Source: Candidatus Magasanikbacteria bacterium RIFCSPHIGHO2_02_FULL_48_18 (lineage in GTDB: Bacteria > Patescibacteriota > Patescibacteriia > Magasanikbacterales > UBA922). From it: a stretch of 64,000 nucleotides of DNA. The stretch is from NCBI GenBank assembly GCA_001784285.1, contig MFQC01000007.1, positions 4,197 through 68,196 of the forward strand. The letters run 5' to 3'. Under the pieces are notes generated by a model. It saw only the letters and a program-made list of their open reading frames with translations, ran no database searches and was not told where the DNA came from. The position numbers were made by a program, and so were the translations under genes. Shown piece after piece: positions 20,707-30,874 of this stretch (positions are counted from its first letter, which is position 1; each line of letters opens with the position of its first letter).

Positions 20707-21270
20707 ATGCCCAAGCATCTCAAAAAATTGTCAGAAGAAGTCCTTCATCAAAATCCATGGTGGACGTATAAACACGATACCTACGAAAAACCGAACGGTG
20801 AAACCGGAGATTATTATTATGCGGTATTGCCCGGCAATTCCATTATTATTCCAGTATTATCGGATGGACGATTGATTCTCACGCTTCAATACCGGTACAT
20901 TACCGAAAAAATGAGTATAGAGTTTCCCTGCGGCGGGCGGCATGATACAGAGGCGACCGCGCTTGATACCGCCAAGGCGGAATTGTTGGAAGAAACCGGC
21001 TTTACCGCTCACGAATTTATTCATATTGGAACGTTTCAGGCGTTGAATGGTGTTGTGGATGACGAAAGTCACGTGTTTCTTGCGCATATACAAGAACAGG
21101 GCGCGCCCCAGCCGGATGATACGGAAGAAATTGAAATACTTTATCGAAAGCCGGAAGAAGTGGATGAGATGATTCGAAGGAATGAAATTTGGGATGGGCA
21201 GACCATGGCCGCCTGGGCCATGGCGCACCATCATTTTTTACATAAAGAAAAAATGGTTGATGAAAGTTAG
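20707..21270 (+). CDS. Nudix hydrolase (ADP-ribose pyrophosphatase-like)
   Basis: QYRY...IEFPCGG ... AKAELLEETG. Confidence 0.85.
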   Translation: MPKHLKKLSEEVLHQNPWWTYKHDTYEKPNGETGDYYYAVLPGNSIIIPVLSDGRLILTLQYRYITEKMSIEFPCGGRHDTEATALDTAKAELLEETGFTAHEFIHIGTFQALNGVVDDESHVFLAHIQEQGAPQPDDTEEIEILYRKPEEVDEMIRRNEIWDGQTMAAWAMAHHHFLHKEKMVDES

Positions 21271-21275
21271 ATTGT

Positions 21276-21707
21276 ATGGATCAAGAGCCTATCGTTCACA
21301 TACCAAAAGAGGAAGAGCCGACGAACGCCCACGCCAATCACTTTCTTCAAATTTTTTTATTTGTGGACGATGCCAGCAAAACCGGACGCGTGCTTTCGAC
21401 CGCAAAAATCGGCGAAGTCTATATGTCACGGTTAACGATCGAGCCGGGCATTGTGACAGGTAATTTGTACAGCAAAGAGACAAATATCATGTTTTTTGTA
21501 GAACGGGGTTCGGTCATTGCGGAATTTGAACACATAGAAACAAAAGTAAGAAAACATATTGAGATGAAACCTGGAAAAAATGCAGTGCATGTGTTTCCTT
21601 ATGTGGCACGGGCTATAAAAAATGTTGGCCATAATGAAGCCGTTTTGATTTTTTTTTCGAACAGGCGACTTCGGTCAGGAGATGATTTTGAGTATCTTCT
21701 TGTATAA
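21276..21707 (+). CDS. cupin-fold (WxcM/FdtA-like) protein with degenerate His motifs
   Basis: TIEPGIVTGNLYS...FFVERG ... VFPYVARAIKNVG; directly upstream of rmlB. Confidence 0.55.
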   Translation: MDQEPIVHIPKEEEPTNAHANHFLQIFLFVDDASKTGRVLSTAKIGEVYMSRLTIEPGIVTGNLYSKETNIMFFVERGSVIAEFEHIETKVRKHIEMKPGKNAVHVFPYVARAIKNVGHNEAVLIFFSNRRLRSGDDFEYLLV

Positions 21708-21716
21708 TTTTATATT

Positions 21717-22742
21717 ATGCGAACGATATTGGTCACCGGCGGTGCGGGATTTATTGGATCCAATTTTATTCACTACTGGATGGACGCATACCCCGAAGAT
21801 CGAGTTTTGAATGTTGATCTTTTGACGTACGCGGGCAATTTGGAAAATTTAAAATCGGTAAGCGAAGACCTACGCTATACGTTTATTCGGGCGGATATTA
21901 CGGATTTTGAAGTTATGAAACGCGCCATGCAGGGGGTGGATTTTGTGGTCAATTTTGCGGCAGAGTCTCATAATGACCGTGCGGTTCTTGATCCGGGTGT
22001 TTTTGTCCGAACCAATGTATTGGGGACTCAAATTTTACTTGAGGCCGCTCGTCAAGCTGGCGTCAAACGGTTTCATCATATTTCCACGTGTGAAGTGTTT
22101 GGTGATCTCGCACTTGATGAAGACCGCGCGTTCAAAGAAGACGACGCATATGTGCCTCGAACGCCATACAACGCGTCAAAAGCCGGAGCAAACCACGAAG
22201 TGATGGCGTATTTTCATACGTATGGCATGCCGGTGACCATCAGCCACTGCTCCAATAATTACGGGCCGTATCAATTTCCGGAAAAATTAATTCCGTTGTT
22301 TACCACGAACGCGCTTGAGGACAAACCGTTGCCGCTCTTCAAGAGCAGTGCCAATAGAAGAGAATGGATTCATGTGGATGACCACTCCCGCGCGATTGAT
22401 ATGATTTTACAGAAAGGGACCGTTGGCGAAGCGTACAACATTGGAACTGGGGTGGAAAAAAGCATTGAAGACATTACGGATATTATTTTGGACGCTTTAC
22501 AAAAACCGGAGTCATTAAAAACCTATGTGCCGGATCGGCTTGGCCATGATCGGCGGTATCTCCTTGACACATCAAAAATTCGTTCCAAGCTTGGATGGAA
22601 GCCGGAGAAGGGATTTGAAGAGGGGATACGCGAGACCATTCGCTGGTATGTTGATCATCGCGAGTGGTGGGAACGGGTGAAAAGCGGCGCATATCAGGAA
22701 TATTACAAGACATATTATTATGATAAAATTGGCAAACAATAA
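21717..22742 (+). CDS. rfbB: dTDP-glucose 4,6-dehydratase
   Basis: TGGAGFIGSNF, LTYAGNLENL, FAAESH, YNASK, SNNYGPYQFPEKLIP, GHDRRY. Confidence 0.95.
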   Translation: MRTILVTGGAGFIGSNFIHYWMDAYPEDRVLNVDLLTYAGNLENLKSVSEDLRYTFIRADITDFEVMKRAMQGVDFVVNFAAESHNDRAVLDPGVFVRTNVLGTQILLEAARQAGVKRFHHISTCEVFGDLALDEDRAFKEDDAYVPRTPYNASKAGANHEVMAYFHTYGMPVTISHCSNNYGPYQFPEKLIPLFTTNALEDKPLPLFKSSANRREWIHVDDHSRAIDMILQKGTVGEAYNIGTGVEKSIEDITDIILDALQKPESLKTYVPDRLGHDRRYLLDTSKIRSKLGWKPEKGFEEGIRETIRWYVDHREWWERVKSGAYQEYYKTYYYDKIGKQ

Positions 22743-22746
22743 TTTT

Positions 22747-23619
22747 ATGAAAATACTTATTGTTGGCAATGGATACATTGCAAAGCGCTGCGCCAAGGCG
22801 TGGGAAAACGCGATTCATGATCCGCGTAAAATATATTCCAAAGAAGACGTGCTGGCGATTTTGGATACTCACCAGCCTGATGTGGTGTTGAATGCGGCAG
22901 GCGTGCGCGGCAAACCCAATGTCGATTGGTGCGAGACCCATCAAATGGAAACGATTTTGGGAAATACGAAATTACCGATTATCATCGCCGAAGGCTGTCA
23001 AGAAAGAAATGTATATTTACTGCATATTGGTTCAGGCTGTATTTTTTATGGTGATTCACCGCATCCGGATAAGAAGTGGCGAGAACATGATATGGGGAAT
23101 CCAACCGAAGTAACCTATTCGCGCACCAAATGGGCCGCGGATTTAGTGCTGTCCACGCTTCCCAATACCGGCATCGCGCGCATTCGCATGCCGATTGACT
23201 GGATTCCGTCAGCCTTTAACATGATTGATAAACTCGCGACCTATCCAAAGGTGATTGACGTAGAAAACAGCGTGACCGTGATTGACGATATGGTGGATGT
23301 GTTTTATAAGCTTATGGAGAAAAAAGCAGAGGGTATTTTTCATGTCACGAATCCGGGGACGCTCAAACACAAAGAAATTGTCGCACTCTACGAAGCAATG
23401 GTTGATCCGACACACACGAATGAATGGATTAGCAACGAGGATTTAGTAAAGCAGGGGCTTGCCACAAAAGGTCGCTCAAACAATTTTTTGGCGTCCGAAC
23501 GTCTTGCCGAAATCGGTATTTCCATGCGTGAGGTGCATGAAGCCATAAGCGATACCATGGAAAAATACGCAAAAGCGAAGAAAGAGGGGATGTCGAGTGA
23601 TGAGGTATTGGCGTGTTGA
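22747..23619 (+). CDS. NRS/ER-type nucleotide-rhamnose 3,5-epimerase/4-reductase (RmlD superfamily)
   Basis: NAAGVRGKPNVDWCETH, SGCIF, YSRTK, RIRMPI. Confidence 0.75.
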   Translation: MKILIVGNGYIAKRCAKAWENAIHDPRKIYSKEDVLAILDTHQPDVVLNAAGVRGKPNVDWCETHQMETILGNTKLPIIIAEGCQERNVYLLHIGSGCIFYGDSPHPDKKWREHDMGNPTEVTYSRTKWAADLVLSTLPNTGIARIRMPIDWIPSAFNMIDKLATYPKVIDVENSVTVIDDMVDVFYKLMEKKAEGIFHVTNPGTLKHKEIVALYEAMVDPTHTNEWISNEDLVKQGLATKGRSNNFLASERLAEIGISMREVHEAISDTMEKYAKAKKEGMSSDEVLAC

Positions 23620-23670
23620 CATACGCAATGGCGATGATATATTTGAAGTATGTATTTTTAATTTTATTCT

Positions 23671-24168
23671 ATGAAGGAGGAAAATAGCAAAAAAAGAATG
23701 GGAGAACGAAAAACGAATTTGGATAAACCGGTGACGCTTGGGTTGTTACTCGAGTTCACGGATGATTTTCTTATTCCACGGTTGTCTGATGTTATGTCTG
23801 ACACCATAAAAAGCGAAGTCGGAAAATCCGAACATCGAATGAAGATATATGTGGATGATAAACTCGCTCGGTTTGCGGCTGAAATAACGGGAAGGTCTGA
23901 GAAACGGTTTGAGAAGATTGATAGAAGGTTTGAAACAATGGACAAGAGGTTTGAAACAATAGAGAAGAGAATGGAGAAAGGGTTTGAAAAAGTTGATAAG
24001 AGATTTGAAAAAATGGATAAGAGGTTCGAGAATATGGATAAACGATTTGATAGATTGGAACATATTCGTGGAAGAGATGTCTTGTTCAAAGAAAAAGTTG
24101 TGGATGTATTTGAAGAGCGGGGTGTTTGTGGGCCGGATGACACGGCATATTTAAGAGGAGTCATTTGA
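23671..24168 (+). CDS. coiled-coil protein with DKRFEKM heptad repeats
   Basis: 165-aa ORF with repeated heptads; TTGACA...TATATT upstream and terminator downstream. Confidence 0.75.
   Translation: MKEENSKKRMGERKTNLDKPVTLGLLLEFTDDFLIPRLSDVMSDTIKSEVGKSEHRMKIYVDDKLARFAAEITGRSEKRFEKIDRRFETMDKRFETIEKRMEKGFEKVDKRFEKMDKRFENMDKRFDRLEHIRGRDVLFKEKVVDVFEERGVCGPDDTAYLRGVI
23899..24057 (+). repeat. degenerate 21-bp coding tandem repeat
   Basis: Units EKRFEKI DRRFETM DKRFETI EKRMEKGFEKV DKRFEKM DKRFENM DKRFDRL. Confidence 0.85.
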
Positions 24169-24209
24169 ATTTTGAGCCACCCCGAGGAAGATCAAAATTT
24201 TTAAACATC

Positions 24210-24243
24210 AAAAAACAGCGAACAGCGATGTTGGCTGTTTTTT
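24210..24243. terminator. bidirectional intrinsic terminator
   Basis: AAAAAACAGC-G-AACA-GCGA-TGTT-G-GCTGTTTTTT. Confidence 0.75.
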
Positions 24244-24307
24244 ATTTGTCTTGTACTATTGACAGTAGGTGAGGGGGTGGAATTAAACCCAAAAAAAGGA
24301 GGAAGCC

Positions 24308-24778
24308 ATGAAAGTGGCAACGCTCTGCTACGTGTTTCGGCACGGACAGGTGCTCCTGATTCGGGGCACCAAAAAGTACGCACCGCACTACGGCGTCTGG
24401 AACGGCCTCGGCGGCAAGGTCGAGGTCGGGGAGACGCCGGAAGCGTGCGTTCGAAGAGAAGTTGCCGAGGAGGGCGGTATTATCCTCGGCAACGTCCTGC
24501 TTCTCGGCCGGATGCTCGTGTCCGGCCTCGGCCCGGAGCCGTGGCTGGTTCACGTGTTTATTTCTTCCGACTTCACCGGCGAAGTGGAAGAAACCGTGGA
24601 CTTTGGCTGGTTTGACCTTGAGGAGGTGTGGGAACTCCCGCTTCTCGAGGCCGATCGCCGATACCTTCTGCCGGCCGTTTTTGCCAGGGCCGTCTTTAGC
24701 GCCTGCTTTGTGTATCAGCACGGCGTCCTTGTCGGCGGGTTCCTCGCGGAGAGGAATAACGAGGAGGAATTGAATTAG
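24308..24778 (+). CDS. MutT-like Nudix hydrolase (GC-rich)
   Basis: WNGLGGKVEVGETPEACVRREVAEEGG Nudix box; AAGGAGG upstream. Confidence 0.88.
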   Translation: MKVATLCYVFRHGQVLLIRGTKKYAPHYGVWNGLGGKVEVGETPEACVRREVAEEGGIILGNVLLLGRMLVSGLGPEPWLVHVFISSDFTGEVEETVDFGWFDLEEVWELPLLEADRRYLLPAVFARAVFSACFVYQHGVLVGGFLAERNNEEELN

Positions 24779-24844
24779 CCCCGATACGTATCGGGGTTGC
24801 TTGTTTTTTTTAGATATTCTCTATACCATAGTAAAGAGAAACCT

Positions 24845-25702
24845 ATGGATTTGTCGGTTATTACGGTCACGTGGAATTCTGCTGATTTTATAAGAGAACA
24901 GCTCCGTTCGGTTGTTTTGGGTTGCCGAACTATTTCTTTTGAACAAATTGTGGTGGATAATGCCTCAACCGACAAAACAGTGGCATTGGTGCAGAAGGAA
25001 TTCCCTCAGGTTCGGGTGATTGCCAATATGGAAAATAAAGGATTTGGCGCGGGCAATAATCAGGGTGTTGCAGTAAGTATGGGCAGGTATTTGTTATTTC
25101 TTAATGCTGATATGCGATTACACGAGGGAAGCCTTGACGCAATGGTTTCCTGGATGGACGCGCATCCGGATGTTGGTATCGCGAGTCCAAAATTAGTGGA
25201 TGAACATGGTTATATCAATTGGGACGCGTCTCCAAGACGATTTCCACGCGTATGGGAACAGGCCGCCCTCATTTTAAAATTGCCGCATCTGTTTCCGCAA
25301 CTCTTGAATGGTTATCTTATGAAAACGTTTAATTTTGAAAAAGAGCAGGTGGTTGACAGTGTCCGCGGTTCTTTTTTTTGTATGCGGCGTGAACTTGTCG
25401 ACAAACTTGGCTGGGCGTTTGATCCTCGGTATTTTCTCTGGTTTGAAGAGGTGGACGCGTGCCATGAAGCAAAACAGTTGGGATACCGAGTTATGTACAC
25501 GCCTGTTATTTCGTGTGTGGATTATATCGGCCAAAGTTTTAAACAACGCACCACGCTCTGGAAACAAAAACAATTTACCAAAAGTATGCTCACGTATTTT
25601 CAAAAATGGGAACCGTGGTGGAAATGGGTATGGATCGCGATCGCGCGGCCGATTGGGATATCGATCGTGTGGATAGGTGAGAAAGGTAAAATTCATTTTT
25701 GA
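24845..25702 (+). CDS. GT2 glycosyltransferase (rhamnosyltransferase-like)
   Basis: VVDNASTD, NKGFGAGNN, LFLNAD, FLWFEEVD. Confidence 0.9.
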   Translation: MDLSVITVTWNSADFIREQLRSVVLGCRTISFEQIVVDNASTDKTVALVQKEFPQVRVIANMENKGFGAGNNQGVAVSMGRYLLFLNADMRLHEGSLDAMVSWMDAHPDVGIASPKLVDEHGYINWDASPRRFPRVWEQAALILKLPHLFPQLLNGYLMKTFNFEKEQVVDSVRGSFFCMRRELVDKLGWAFDPRYFLWFEEVDACHEAKQLGYRVMYTPVISCVDYIGQSFKQRTTLWKQKQFTKSMLTYFQKWEPWWKWVWIAIARPIGISIVWIGEKGKIHF

Positions 25703-25727
25703 CTTTTGAGTTTTTCCTTTTGGTTCT

Positions 25728-26825
25728 ATGTCAAAACTCTCTGTGCACCTCGTCACCTGGAACGGCGCGAAATATATTCCGTATCTTTTTGATTCCTTTA
25801 AAAAACAGACGTTTCAAGATTGGCAGATGGTTGTTTTGGATAATGCCTCTGAAGATGCCACGGTTGGGGCGATAGAAAACGAATTGATATCATTTTCATA
25901 CCCGCATGAATTGATTCGAAACAAAGAAAATAAAGGATTCGCGGGCGGGCATAATCAGTTGTTTCGATTGGCCATGAACAAAGAACAAGACGCTCCTGAG
26001 TATATAGTATTGCTCAATCAAGACATGTATCTTATGCCGGATTGTTTGGAGAAGCTGGTAGTATTTTTGGATAGAGAACACGATGTCGCGGCCGTGACGC
26101 CGAGGCTCATGAAATGGAATTTTTGTCTTCTCAAGGAAAAGCCAGGCATTTCATTAGAAGAAAGTTTTACGGATTGCATTGATTCTCTCGGTCTCAAAGT
26201 ATTTCGAAGTCGGCGAGTGATAGAAAAATATGCAGGAAAAGAATGGGAAAACATAAAATCAAAAATGAATCTTTCTTTCCGCGCAACGCCGTTTGAACGC
26301 GATACGATTCTTGAGGTGTTTGGCGTGTCTGGGGCGCTTCCTCTGTTTCGGCGATCCGCGCTTGAAGCTATTTCGTTTTCGGACGGGACCTTTTTGGATG
26401 AACAATATCATGCATACAAAGAAGATGTGGACCTCGCGTTTCGTCTGCGTTTAGCAGGTTATCGGGCCTTTGTTGAGCTTGACGCGGTTGCGTATCATGA
26501 TCGCTCTGCCGTTGGTATGGAACGCATGAGTGACACGGTCGCGGCGGAGAACAAAAAAAAACAATCGTCGTGGGTAAAGCATAACAGTTATAAAAACCAT
26601 CTCATGACCCTGTATAAAAATGAATATTGGCAGAATGTCGTCTTGGATTTTCCTTGGATTTTTTGGTACGAACTAAAAAAGTTTTTTTGGTTTTTGCTGT
26701 TTGATCGGTCTGTATTGAAAGGACTTGGGGACATCTGGCGTAAGCGGAACGCGTTGAAAGAAAAAAGAACACATATTCGAGCAAAAAGAAAAATTTCTTG
26801 GAAAGCAATGAGACAGTGGTGGTAA
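25728..26825 (+). CDS. GT2 glycosyltransferase
   Basis: LDNASED, GFAGGHN, LLNQD, YKEDVDLAFR. Confidence 0.9.
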   Translation: MSKLSVHLVTWNGAKYIPYLFDSFKKQTFQDWQMVVLDNASEDATVGAIENELISFSYPHELIRNKENKGFAGGHNQLFRLAMNKEQDAPEYIVLLNQDMYLMPDCLEKLVVFLDREHDVAAVTPRLMKWNFCLLKEKPGISLEESFTDCIDSLGLKVFRSRRVIEKYAGKEWENIKSKMNLSFRATPFERDTILEVFGVSGALPLFRRSALEAISFSDGTFLDEQYHAYKEDVDLAFRLRLAGYRAFVELDAVAYHDRSAVGMERMSDTVAAENKKKQSSWVKHNSYKNHLMTLYKNEYWQNVVLDFPWIFWYELKKFFWFLLFDRSVLKGLGDIWRKRNALKEKRTHIRAKRKISWKAMRQWW

Positions 26826-26856
26826 AATGAGAAACGAGAGTTTTTAATATATTTTT

Positions 26857-27786
26857 ATGGAATATCTCACCTTTCATAATGGCACAGCAGTGCCGCAGTT
26901 GGGATTGGGGACATGGCAATCACCAGCAAGCCACGTGACAAACGCGGTTGTGTTTGCCATCCGAGACGCGGGCTACCGCCATATTGATTGCGCGGCCGTG
27001 TATAAAAACGAACCGGCGGTTGGTGACGCATTTTCTCAGCTGTTCCCGAGGGTCGTGCCAAGAGAAGACGTTTTTGTCACGAGTAAACTATGGAATTCCG
27101 CGCATCATCCTCATGATGTGCGTCCGGCTTGCTTGCAAACGCTGAAAGATCTAGAGCTCGAGTATCTTGATGTATATCTCATGCATTGGGGCATTGCCAC
27201 AAGGGGGGGGTTGGGCGGCAATTCAAAAAAAATGGATCATTTGGCGCCAGTGTCAATTCAGGAGACCTGGCACGCTATGGAAAAGTTGGTTGATGAAGGG
27301 CTGGTGCGCCATATTGGCGTCAGTAATTTTACTGGAATTATGTTGGTGGATCTTTTGACGTACGCGCGCTATCGTCCGGTTATGAATCAAATCGAACTCC
27401 ATCCATATAACGTCCAGGAGCGGTTGGTGCAGTTTTGTCAAGGCATGGGTATGTGTGTTACCGCGTATTCACCGCTTGGCAGACCTGGCAATGCGATCAC
27501 CGAGGCAGAGCCGGACGAGAAAGCGCATCATCTTTTTAACGAACCAATCATCAAAGATGTCGCCGCGTCCCTTGGAAAAACACCCGCACAAGTGGTGTTG
27601 CGGTGGGCTGTCGAGAGAGGAGTCTGTGTTATACCGAAAAGCACCTCTGAAGAACATATTATGGGTAACAGCAAGATTTTTGATTTCGCGCTAACCAATG
27701 AACAGATGCATCGGATTTCATCTTTGGATGAACATTTTCGTTTTGTTGACCCAATTGCGTGGGACGAGGTTCCGTATTTTGATTAG
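26857..27786 (+). CDS. aldo/keto reductase
   Basis: LGLGTW, GYRHIDCAAVY, TSKLW, IGVSNF, QIELHPY, IPKS. Confidence 0.93.
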   Translation: MEYLTFHNGTAVPQLGLGTWQSPASHVTNAVVFAIRDAGYRHIDCAAVYKNEPAVGDAFSQLFPRVVPREDVFVTSKLWNSAHHPHDVRPACLQTLKDLELEYLDVYLMHWGIATRGGLGGNSKKMDHLAPVSIQETWHAMEKLVDEGLVRHIGVSNFTGIMLVDLLTYARYRPVMNQIELHPYNVQERLVQFCQGMGMCVTAYSPLGRPGNAITEAEPDEKAHHLFNEPIIKDVAASLGKTPAQVVLRWAVERGVCVIPKSTSEEHIMGNSKIFDFALTNEQMHRISSLDEHFRFVDPIAWDEVPYFD

Positions 27787-27843
27787 TACCCTTGTTTGTT
27801 CAGTGGGTGTGTGGTAGGGTAGCCGCCGGTATATGAGAAACGT

Positions 27844-28692
27844 ATGAAAGATGTAAACATCGTATTTTTGAATTATTTTTGCAAAGACGACATTTTGAAT
27901 GCCGTGGATTCTTTGGTTCAGGATATCAAAGATTGCCCGTATGACGTGCAGATCACGGTTGCCGATAATTCGGAAAATAAAGACGGTATGAAAGAAGATC
28001 TTCTTTTGCGCTTTCCACAGGCGCTTTATGTGGATACCGGCGGCAATGTTGGCTTTGGCAAAGGAAATGTTTGTGGGTTTCAAAGGACCGTCGCGCGATA
28101 TTATTTTGCCTTAAACAGAGATACCATCATTCCCGAACAGTCAAAAACAATTCAGCGTATTATTGCATTTATGGACGGGCATCCCCAGATCGGATGCATC
28201 GGCCCTAAATTATTAAATATGGACGGCACGTTGCAATATTCGTGTTATCGTTTTGATTTGCCTTCCATCCTCATCAAACCGTTGAAACAAATTCATTTTG
28301 ATCGAAAATATCGATGGGTAAAATTGAGAACCGATCATTTGCTTATGACGGATTTTGATCATGAAAGCACGCGTCCCGTTGACTGGGTCCTTGGCGCCGC
28401 CATGGTGGTTCGCAAGGAAGTGGTAGACCATATTGGATGGTTCGACGATCGGTATTTTATGTACTTGGAAGATTGCGATTGGTGCCGACGGATGTGGGAC
28501 GTGGGCTGGCCGGTGTATTATGTTCATGATATAGTGATACGGCATAAACACGCGCGCGATTCCGCAAAAATTCCAGGTTTGTTGCGCGCGTTGTTTAAAA
28601 ATAAACTGGCCCGCATTCACGCCTCAAGCTGGATAAAATATCTTCTCAAGTGGCGGGGCAAACACAAATATTATGCTTCAAAATTATCCTAA
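27844..28692 (+). CDS. GT2 glycosyltransferase
   Basis: ADNS, NVGFGKGN, LNRD, FMYLEDCDWC. Confidence 0.9.
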   Translation: MKDVNIVFLNYFCKDDILNAVDSLVQDIKDCPYDVQITVADNSENKDGMKEDLLLRFPQALYVDTGGNVGFGKGNVCGFQRTVARYYFALNRDTIIPEQSKTIQRIIAFMDGHPQIGCIGPKLLNMDGTLQYSCYRFDLPSILIKPLKQIHFDRKYRWVKLRTDHLLMTDFDHESTRPVDWVLGAAMVVRKEVVDHIGWFDDRYFMYLEDCDWCRRMWDVGWPVYYVHDIVIRHKHARDSAKIPGLLRALFKNKLARIHASSWIKYLLKWRGKHKYYASKLS

Positions 28693-29776
28693 GGTCGCGA
28701 TTATTTATCTTTCGTTTCATTGCGAACCCTATATTGACGATGTCGTATCATCACTCAAAAAATTAACCTATCCGAGAGATCGGGTTGAATGTATCGTGGT
28801 CGACAACCCGCATCCGGAGTTCGGGCCATCGGTTCGTTTTCTGGAAGAAACCGTTTTGCCGCTTTCTCAAAAAGAAATTCCACATGTGACCCTGTTGCCC
28901 CAAAAAGAAAATACCGGATTTGCGGGCGGCAACAATGTTGGCGTTCGCTGGGCGCTCGCGCACGGGTTTGATTATGTTTTTTTCCACAATAATGACGGAT
29001 TTATGGCGTCCAATTGTCTTGAGCCAATCGTTGAGGCAATGGAAAAAGACAAGACGATCGGCGCCGCGCAGTCGCTCATGTTGCTCCACCCGGAGACGGA
29101 TCTTATCAACAGCACGGGGAATTCATTTCATTATTTGGGGTTTGGATTTTGCGATCAGTACCGTATGAAATTTGAGGAACTTCGACTTCCTCCCATCAAA
29201 GAAATTTCATACGCGAGCGGCGCCGCGCTGTTGATGCGCGCCGATCTTATCCGCCAGTACGGCATGTGGGATGAAAATTTTTTTCTCTATCATGAAGATT
29301 TGGAATGGTCCTTGCGTTTGAGAGCGGTGGGATATCGCATTGTGCTTGTCAGCGACTCCATTTTTTATCATAAATATCAATTTAGCCGGAGCATTACCAA
29401 ATTTTATTGGATGGAAAGAAACCGGTATGGCACGATGCTCATGTTTTTCAAATGGCGCACGCTGGTTCTTCTTCTCCCCATAGGGCTTGCGCTTGAGCTT
29501 GGTCTTTGGTTTTTTGCGTTCAAAGGCGGGTGGGCGGATAAGCGAGTCCAAATTTATCGCTATTGGTTGCAACCAAAACACTGGACACTGTGGCTCAAAA
29601 AACGGAAGAACATTCAATCGATGCGGAAAGTAAGCGACCGATTTTTGCTGTCATTTTCCGTTGCCGGTATTTATTTTCAGGATAAATCGGTGGATAATCC
29701 GCTCGTGCGGTATATTGCCAACCCTGTGATGACGCTCTATTATTGGATTGTGGTGAAGGGGCTTATTTGGTGGTGA
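28673..29776 (+). CDS. GT2 glycosyltransferase
   Basis: NTGFAGGNNVG, HNND, FLYHEDLEW. Confidence 0.9.
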   Translation: MLQNYPKVAIIYLSFHCEPYIDDVVSSLKKLTYPRDRVECIVVDNPHPEFGPSVRFLEETVLPLSQKEIPHVTLLPQKENTGFAGGNNVGVRWALAHGFDYVFFHNNDGFMASNCLEPIVEAMEKDKTIGAAQSLMLLHPETDLINSTGNSFHYLGFGFCDQYRMKFEELRLPPIKEISYASGAALLMRADLIRQYGMWDENFFLYHEDLEWSLRLRAVGYRIVLVSDSIFYHKYQFSRSITKFYWMERNRYGTMLMFFKWRTLVLLLPIGLALELGLWFFAFKGGWADKRVQIYRYWLQPKHWTLWLKKRKNIQSMRKVSDRFLLSFSVAGIYFQDKSVDNPLVRYIANPVMTLYYWIVVKGLIWW

Positions 29777-29777
29777 T

Positions 29778-30869
29778 ATGAAAATCAAAAAAGCAGTGCT
29801 TACCGGCGGCGGCCGCGCCACGCGGCTTCATCCGATTACCACGACAATTAACAAGCATCTTTTGCCATTGGCGAACAAGCCAATGATTTTTCATGCTATT
29901 GAAAAAGCGGTCGAAGCGGGTATCACCGAGATTTTTATCAATATGAATCCCGGAGAGACAGAACTGCAAAAGTATATCGGCGATGGCGGGCACTGGGGCA
30001 TTCGCATCCGATTTTACGAACAAACCGGCGGTCCGCAGGGTGTGGCGCATGTGGTCAAAGAGGCCGAGCGTTTTATCGGCCATGATCCATTTCTTTTTTA
30101 TTTGTCCGATAATATTCTTTTGGGCAGTTTGAAAGAAATGGTGGATTCGTTTACGCGTGAGCGGTACGACTGCATGCTCGCGCTCTCCCAAGTTGAAGAT
30201 CCGGAGCGTTTTGGCGTGCCGGTATTTGACGACCGCCGTCATATTATTGATGTATTGGAAAAACCGGCGAATCCGCCGAATAACTTTGCGGTTACCGGCG
30301 TGTATCTCTACGGCCATCGAGTCTTTTTTGACGCGTTCGATCATATCGAAAAAAGCGCGCGCGGCGAATATGAAATTTCGAGTATTCATTCCTATTTGTT
30401 GCATGCCGGCAAAAAGGTAGGCTATAGAGAAATTACCGGCTGGTGGAAAGATACAGGGAAAGTGGAGGATTTATTGGTTGCCAATCGCTTGCTTTTGGAT
30501 CAGCTTGAGCCGGGAGAATTTTCAAATCACGGGACCGTGCATCATGATACTCAGATCAACGGCAATGTGAGAATTGGCATTGGCACACAAACCCAGGAGG
30601 GCGTGGTTGTACATGGGCCGGTTATTATTGGAGAGAATTGCGTTCTTCGGAATTGTGCCATTGGGCCCCACGTCACGATTGGCCCGGGAACGGAAATACG
30701 AGGATCCACTATTTTCAACTCCATCATTCTCGACAATGTCGTGATTGACGGCGATATTCATATTCGCGACAGTCTTATCGGAAAAAAGGTGGAGATACGA
30801 AAACAAAACGATGACGCGGCGGCCGGTCATCGAATGATTGTAGGAGACAAGACGGTTATTGAAATATAA
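29778..30869 (+). CDS. rfbA: glucose-1-phosphate thymidylyltransferase, long form
   Basis: GGRATRLHP, KHLLPLANKP, EKP, SARGEYEI, WWKDTG, hexapeptide tail. Confidence 0.88.
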   Translation: MKIKKAVLTGGGRATRLHPITTTINKHLLPLANKPMIFHAIEKAVEAGITEIFINMNPGETELQKYIGDGGHWGIRIRFYEQTGGPQGVAHVVKEAERFIGHDPFLFYLSDNILLGSLKEMVDSFTRERYDCMLALSQVEDPERFGVPVFDDRRHIIDVLEKPANPPNNFAVTGVYLYGHRVFFDAFDHIEKSARGEYEISSIHSYLLHAGKKVGYREITGWWKDTGKVEDLLVANRLLLDQLEPGEFSNHGTVHHDTQINGNVRIGIGTQTQEGVVVHGPVIIGENCVLRNCAIGPHVTIGPGTEIRGSTIFNSIILDNVVIDGDIHIRDSLIGKKVEIRKQNDDAAAGHRMIVGDKTVIEI

Positions 30870-30874
30870 TTGTG

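Noticed and set aside
23664-24164. Antisense LSIFSN-repeat ORF
   Set aside because: Shadow of the heptad-repeat gene on the plus strand
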